Shown: positions 58,393 to 64,000 of the stretch, piece by piece | Position numbering within the stretch: the first letter of the stretch is position 1 | How the letters are laid out: the number at the start of each line of letters is the position of its first letter | Origin: the human T2T-CHM13v2.0 reference genome, Homo sapiens | DNA: 64,000 bases | Assembly: GCF_009914755.1 (NCBI RefSeq) | Contig: NC_060925.1 | Strand: one strand, 5' to 3' | Notes under the pieces: model-generated | Databases searched by the model: none | What the model saw: only the letters and a program-made list of their open reading frames with translations | What the model was told of the DNA's origin: nothing | Program-made: the position numbers and the translations under genes

Positions 58393-59055
58393 CCACTCTA
58401 TTGAAAGTAGTTAATATGCCAGGAAGACATTTTTCACAAACCATCTGGGGGTTCTCACAGCTATTTTCAAACTTTTTAGAAGTTCCATGACCAATTAATC
58501 TGAGGAATCAACTAGAAATGAGTAAGTTCTCAGTTGCATTCTTGCTCTAAGGGATTACACTCTGGTTGACTTTGTGAGATACTGAACTGCTCTAGTTGCA
58601 CCCACTGAATCTTATCCTCATTGCCACAAATTTCTGGCTCTTTCAAAGAGTCTACCTGCCCAGAACCATTAAAAAGGAGGTTTTTTTTATTTTTACTATT
58701 GCTTTTAAAGTACACTTACTTCTTTGACTAGAGACAGAAGCTTTGAAGGTAGTTGTTGATAACAAACCTGTACCTGATGGGCAACCTGAACATTTGACTG
58801 AGTTTTCCACTTGGACTACCTCAAAAGCATTATCATACTAGTTTCTGGTTCCAATAAGGGCAGACTTCCTGGAGTATTCTGAATTGGATTCTCTTGGTCT
58901 ACTGGGCACAGAAAATCCTGCCAAATTAGACCTGGATTCCTGGACTCCTAGTTTATAAAAAGCATAGAGTGGCTTCCTGGGTATCTATGACCTTCTTTCA
59001 TATCCACTGATAGCAAAAGTTGCTTGTTTTCCTTTGATCTTATTAGCAAAATTCC
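58393..59055 (-). pseudogene. candidate fossil exon (~660 nt, Ser-rich)
   Basis: ttttctgttttttttcaaag|GG, phase 1, reads NFANKIKGKQATFAISGYERRS*IPRKPLYAFYKLGVQESRSNLAGFSVPSRPRESNSEYSRKSALIGTRN*YDNAFEVVQVENSVKCSGCPSGTGLLSTTTFKASVSSQRSK (2 stops in ~110 codons). A frameshift leads into ORF 58530-58715. The donor GTGG|GTATTT is tentative. Confidence 0.6.
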
Positions 59056-59479
59056 CTTTGAAAAAAAACAGAAAAGGAGTAGAGATGATAATAAGAGAAT
59101 GAGATAAGTAGGCTAACTTTGCAAGTAGCTCCCAAAAGGAATAAACAGGAATTTTCGCTTAAAAATATTTCTCAGGAATTCATATTTGTGTTTTGTCTGT
59201 TTTTTTCTTAATAGGTTGGCAAAACTAGAGAGGTGAGCATTTAATCTTTCCTCTTATAGGACTTATAAATGCCGATTTATTTTTCACGTTTCTAGCATAT
59301 GTGATTTCATTGATAAAAACCTACTAATCACGTTTATATGTTTAGAGATACCATTCACAGCTTCTGTGAATAAAATTCATGGTAAAAAGCAAATGAGAAG
59401 TTATGTTAACGGCAACTTAGAAACATACTTTGAAAAGTGAATAGATATTTGTCAGGTTAAATTACAATAAAAAAGACTA

Positions 59480-60085
59480 GTTTAGTAGTTTGCATACTCC
59501 CAAATTTTGGAATCATCTGAGGATCTTAAAAAAAAAAATACTGCTGCCTGAGTCCCACCCCCAAACATTCCTATTTAATTACTGTGGAGTGCAACTTGAG
59601 CACTGGGGTTATTGAACTCTCTTCAGTTAAATAGCTAGTCTAGTGGGATCCAAACTACATGAGAAATCTGAAGTCGAGTTAAATTCAGTCTCTTTTGCTT
59701 ATTGACTGTAGTGTCTTGAGCAAGACAGTTGACTTCTCCAAAATTTTCTTCCTTATCTGTAAAAAATGGATATTTAGTAATACATTTTCTATATCTCTGA
59801 TAGGGATTTTGTGAAGATTAAATGTGATATTGTTTGTCACCTTATAAAGTTTTTGTTTGATAAATGTTTGTCATATTTATCAAGTTAAATGTGAAGTGAT
59901 ATATAAACATCAGTTACATGTGTGTATATGTATGTATATGTATATATATGCATATGTACATATATAAACACATACATATACATATTTTCCAGACCTTCAC
60001 ATATTGTGAAGTTCAGATGAGATAATGCATGTAAATATGCTTTGAAGATTATAAAGGCATGCATAAATATAAGGTGTTGTTACTC
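59480..60085. mobile_element. MER5-type DNA transposon fragment (~59480-59625) followed by MIR fragments
   Basis: ggaatcatctgaggatcttaaaaa..tgcctgagtcccacccc (MER5); ccttatctgtaaaaaatgga..gtgaagattaaatg (MIR). Confidence 0.7.
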
Positions 60086-60221
60086 CTATTGTTGATAAAA
60101 CAAACTGTAGAAAATTCCATGAAGTACTTGACTAGTAAAAAACACAGGATTATAGCTATAGCATCTGTTTTAAGTTACTTCTCGGCCCTCATCTTTCATC
60201 TCTACTTTGGCCCAAACTGTA

Positions 60222-60301
60222 TTAGGTTGGTGCAAAAGTGGCTGTGATTTTTACCATTAAAAGTAACAGCAAAAACTACCATTACTTTTGCACCAACCTT
60301 A
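60222..60301. mobile_element. MADE1 MITE
   Basis: 80-bp palindrome ttaggttggtgcaaaagt...acttttgcaccaacctta, flanked by TA. Confidence 0.92.
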
Positions 60302-60745
60302 TAGTTTGAAGGACAGCATGCAGTCCCTGACAAATAATCAGGGAAAAGTCATTTTAAGAGAGAAGTGATTTTTTGTTCCTTAGCTCCGGAGTTACACCTA
60401 GGAAAACATACCTCGGTTAGATTTCAGTGGCTCCTAAGACTGGCCATATGAGTAGGTGGTATGACCTGAGAAATACCAAGAGGTCCCACCTGCTAAACAT
60501 ATCTTTCCTTAGGGACATTCCTGGAATTCTCCTCATTAGAGACAAAGCAGAAAGTCGCTTTTAAAATGCACAGAGATGTTAGCATATCATGGATTAATGT
60601 AACAATTTGACTAGAGAATGAATTTTCAAAAGCTTGATATATTCACAAGGTGGAAAAAGAAATAGCTACATTCATCTTTGCTCTGACAGAAAGTTTTTAA
60701 CTACCAGACAAAAATAACACTGTCTAAATTACTCGGTCTCCTTAC

Positions 60746-60962
60746 CTGAAATCAGATAGGACATATTATTGGCTATTGTGACCCTATTACCTAATTTCTT
60801 ACTACCTTGTCCAGATATCTCCAGGTGTCCAAGTTTGCTTCTCCATAGTAGGGTCTATAGTAAACTTTAGAGAGATTTCTTCCTGTTTTTAACAAACATT
60901 GATGAAGTTTGTGAGCTCCTTGTTTTTAACAGTTAGAGGAAGCATAAATTTGAGACTTTAAC
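60746..60962 (-). pseudogene. candidate fossil exon (217 nt, phase 0/1) with a dead acceptor (GG instead of AG)
   Basis: ctctctatttgcaattttttgg|GTT ... TTTCAG|GTAAGG reads VKVSNLCFL*LLKTRSSQTSSMFVKNRKKSL*SLL*TLLWRSKLGHLEISGQGSKKLGNRVTIANNMSYLIS. Confidence 0.55.
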
Positions 60963-61568
60963 CCAAAAAATTGCAAATAGAGAGACATCCACCAATAGGT
61001 ATACAAGCATATGCAATTAAAATTCCAAAATGAAGGGCATATTTTTGAGAGACAATTATTTGATATTAAAGGACTATCTTTTAAAATTATTTCTCATGCT
61101 TGTGAATACCTTTTTTATATTCCATGTACTCTTGGGAAACAAGGGCAAGGATCCTATTCTTATTTAGCTTTTCATCTTCACTCTCAAAATAATTGTCTCT
61201 GAAACTGCCTGAGAAAATTTAAATAGTTCGTCTTAGCCTAATTTAAATAGTAAGGATTTTTTTTCTCTCTACCTAAACACATATGTATAATAGGCTCTTC
61301 CTGAAGACTACCTCCTGTACTTTTTCACCTCCTCAAAAGCTGGATTTATTCTAACTTCACTGCTACGTTGGCTAACACTACCGTGCATTTATCACTCCTT
61401 TTCACCATTCACAGATTACTGTCCTCTCCAAAGCTTAGCCATGAATCTAGTGCTCCTCTAAGTAATAGATTTCTGCACCATGCACATCCTAACGTTCTTA
61501 AGGAGGTTTACCTCAAACCACGTGGCATTTTTTGTTTTGCTTTTAATTTAGAAGGCATTTTACACTAC

Positions 61569-61680
61569 CTTGGGTGTGCTGTTCTCCAGTTGTTCAAGAT
61601 GCAGAGCAAGTTGCTCTACACAAGACCCTTATAATGCAGCAAATTCAGTGATGCTCAAAATGCTTCTGGCTGATCGGAGC
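61569..61680 (-). pseudogene. fossil exon (112 nt, phase 2/0)
   Basis: ttgctatag|G ... CCCAAG|GTAGTG reads LRSARSILSITEFAAL*GSCVEQLALHLEQLENSTPK. Confidence 0.6.
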
Positions 61681-61760
61681 CTATAGCAATCCACAATAAG
61701 AAAATCATACTGAAGTCCCACAAAGTTTTGAAGCAAACTTATTCTTTAGCAAATAACTAC

Positions 61761-62045
61761 CTTTCCTTTGAAAAACAGTTCTTATGTTGTTATTAAAATA
61801 TGCACAAGACTGAATGGCCAACCATGGGATAAATGACCATGTGATTTGCGCTGTCCATCAAAATTGGGTGTTCTATAATGAACCAGAGCCTAAAGTTGAG
61901 CATTGTCTAAAAGTCCTTTTTTATTAAGTAGAAGTTAGCTACATAGATCAGGTTAAAGCATAATGTATCCTCATGACCCAGGGAACTTCAGCTTTCTTCC
62001 TACTGTTGCCATCGTGAGAGGTAAAGTCATGATGATTAGATAACT
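61761..62045 (-). pseudogene. candidate fossil exon (285 nt), with an 80-nt intron to the next exon
   Basis: catttatttacag| ... GGAAAG|GTAGTT; the 3' frame GHEDTLCFNLIYVANFYLIKKDF*TMLNFRLWFIIEHPILMDSANH..QHKNCFSKE ends in phase 2, matching the exon at 61680. Confidence 0.45.
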
Positions 62046-62059
62046 CTGTAAATAAATGA

Positions 62060-63820
62060 CATTAATTTCTACACATAAATTGGGTGAATTTTATAGCACA
62101 AAGAATATTGTGAAAAACAGCACAAAAATCTTCAATGCATGCAAATTTTACAAAACAATTTAAGTGTCCAGAAATCCCAGGGTGAGATGCAGAATGTTAT
62201 AAACAAATCTATTAGTAAATGTATTACAAATGTATGAACCAACCTTATTGAAAGGGAAAAGAGAAAAAGATACTGATGTAAGATTTTGGAAATCAATGGA
62301 GACTGGAGTAAAGTTTCTTTTCTTACAGGTAAAAAGAACCGTACCTAAGTGCTATACTCTAATTCATACAGTTATTCTCGATTGACATGCAGGTTAACAA
62401 TTCTGAAACACAATACAGATATACTGAAATTGGACATTTAAGGAAATGTGTGGCAGATAGTAGGAACCAAGTTTCTCACTGTTGGAGTAGAAGAGAAGCA
62501 AGAGAGTGGACCCACTGAAGTGGTCCATGTGGAAATGGAATAGAATTGGATATATCAGTATGCACTCTTCATTTGCTTAATGCAGACACATATGCTGGAT
62601 ATAGATTTATAGATATGTAAACATACAAACATATATTGACTTGCTCTTTCAGTTGAGAGGGCATAGAAGTAATGGCACCCTATTAACAATGAGCACAACT
62701 AGCACGCAGATCTTTGGGTCTAATATCATTCTCTAATAAAAAAAACTTGGGATGCATGGAGAAATGGTTGAATCTAGAGCTGGGACATGAAATATACAAG
62801 ATGAACACAGCATTTTGTTCTATCAAAAAGTAAAAAAGGGTTTAAAGAAAAAAATATCCCAACGATGGGGGAATGACAAAGGGATGCATGAGCTAACTGA
62901 AGAACACCCAATGGCAAATTTGGGCAACAATGTGAAATATTATTGGATTACAAACCAAAGTAAAAATAACTATCCATGAGTCAATTTTGATATAAAATGA
63001 TTAAGCAAACACATAAATGAAAAACAGACAAATCTCTCATACAGAAGAATTACAAATATATTTTTAAATAGTTATTTTCTTAAGGAAGAGCCACATAACT
63101 TCACACTCATTAAGTATGTGTTATATACACTGATTTATTCCACAAAGTGCAATATGGAAAGGGAGAGAAAAAAATAAATTTACAGTGGATAAACCTGATA
63201 AACACTAGCTCAAGCCAGGTGGTCAATTAACATTATCAACAGTGATAAGTCATATTTGTGTATGTATCTTTACCACAATGTACTACAAAGACTGGCATGT
63301 TACCTATGTGATCATCCTACCTAAAACACATTACCCCATGTGTAAACTTGAGAAAAACATCACAAAAATTCCAACTGAGGGACATTCTACAAAATATTTA
63401 ACCAATATTTCTCAAACTACCTAGGTCATTAAAAATAAGGAAAGTCTTCTGAGCGTGATGGCTCGCGTCTATACTCCAAGCACTTGGGAAGCAAAGGTGG
63501 GCAGATTGCTTGAGCCCAGGAATACAAGGTCAGCCTTGGCAACATGGTGAAACCTCATCTTCACAAAAAAAAGAGCTGGCATAGTGGCACATGCCAGTGA
63601 TCTCAGCTACTTGGGAGGCTGAGGTGGGAGGATCACTTGTCCCTGGAGGCAAAGGATGCAGTAAGCTGTGATTGTTCCACTGCACTCCAGCTAGGCAACA
63701 GAGGGATACTCTGTCTCAAAATAAAAATAAAGATAAAGTCTGAGAAACTATCAAAACTAACAGGCACATAAGGAGACATAAAACTAATGTAATGTGATAT
63801 CCTAGATGTGATCCTGATTA
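62060..63820 (+). mobile_element. old L1MC/L1MD 3' UTR fragments (Alu inserted)
   Basis: aaattccaactgagggacattctacaaaata..., aaagtctgagaaac..ggagacat..aatgtaatgtgatatcctaga. Confidence 0.75.
63448..63734 (+). mobile_element. AluJ
   Basis: Highly diverged dimer (gattgcttgagcccagga, ggtgggaggatcactt) with AAAGTCT duplicated on both flanks. Confidence 0.9.
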
Positions 63821-64000
63821 CTTTCTTTGAGCATTATGTGTAATTTCTTCTTTGATGAATATGTGCATGGTATTTTACATGTAAAATATTGATGGTATCT
63901 ATTATACTAATTCTGCCATATTTGAGCATAATATTCTATAAGGTACAATAGCCATTACTTGCCCTTTCAAGATTAAGGTCTAAATTAGGTATGCAGTTTT

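Noticed and set aside
60490-60562. Possible small exon (RLSALSLMRRIPGMSLRKDMFS, donor CAG|GTGGGA)
   Set aside because: Its phase does not fit between the 60746 and 59055 exons without invoking extra indels, so it is left out of the model.

Overview
This is AT-rich primate (human-like) genomic DNA with no intact protein-coding gene, no CpG island and no RNA gene that I can support. Most of the window is interspersed repeat: a young L1PA 3' half, a twin-primed inverted L1, a near full-length older L1PA/L1PB carrying an Alu, a complete THE1 provirus with a nested MER11 LTR, a second MER11 LTR in opposite orientation, MST/MLT1/LTR16/ERVL/MER21 pieces, eight Alus, MER1B, two MADE1, L2, MIR and many old L1M fragments. 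The main signal lies in the unique sequence between the repeats. About 20 minus-strand blocks from ~62.0 kb down to ~6.0 kb read as decayed coding exons. They show canonical AG/GT boundaries, matching intron phases between several neighbours, and long near-open frames broken by scattered stops and frameshifts. Together they suggest a large (~2,000-codon, probably extending beyond the window) multi-exon fossil gene, a candidate unitary pseudogene, whose identity I cannot recognise. The exon models and repeat subfamily names were derived by eye and need confirmation by homology search and RepeatMasker.
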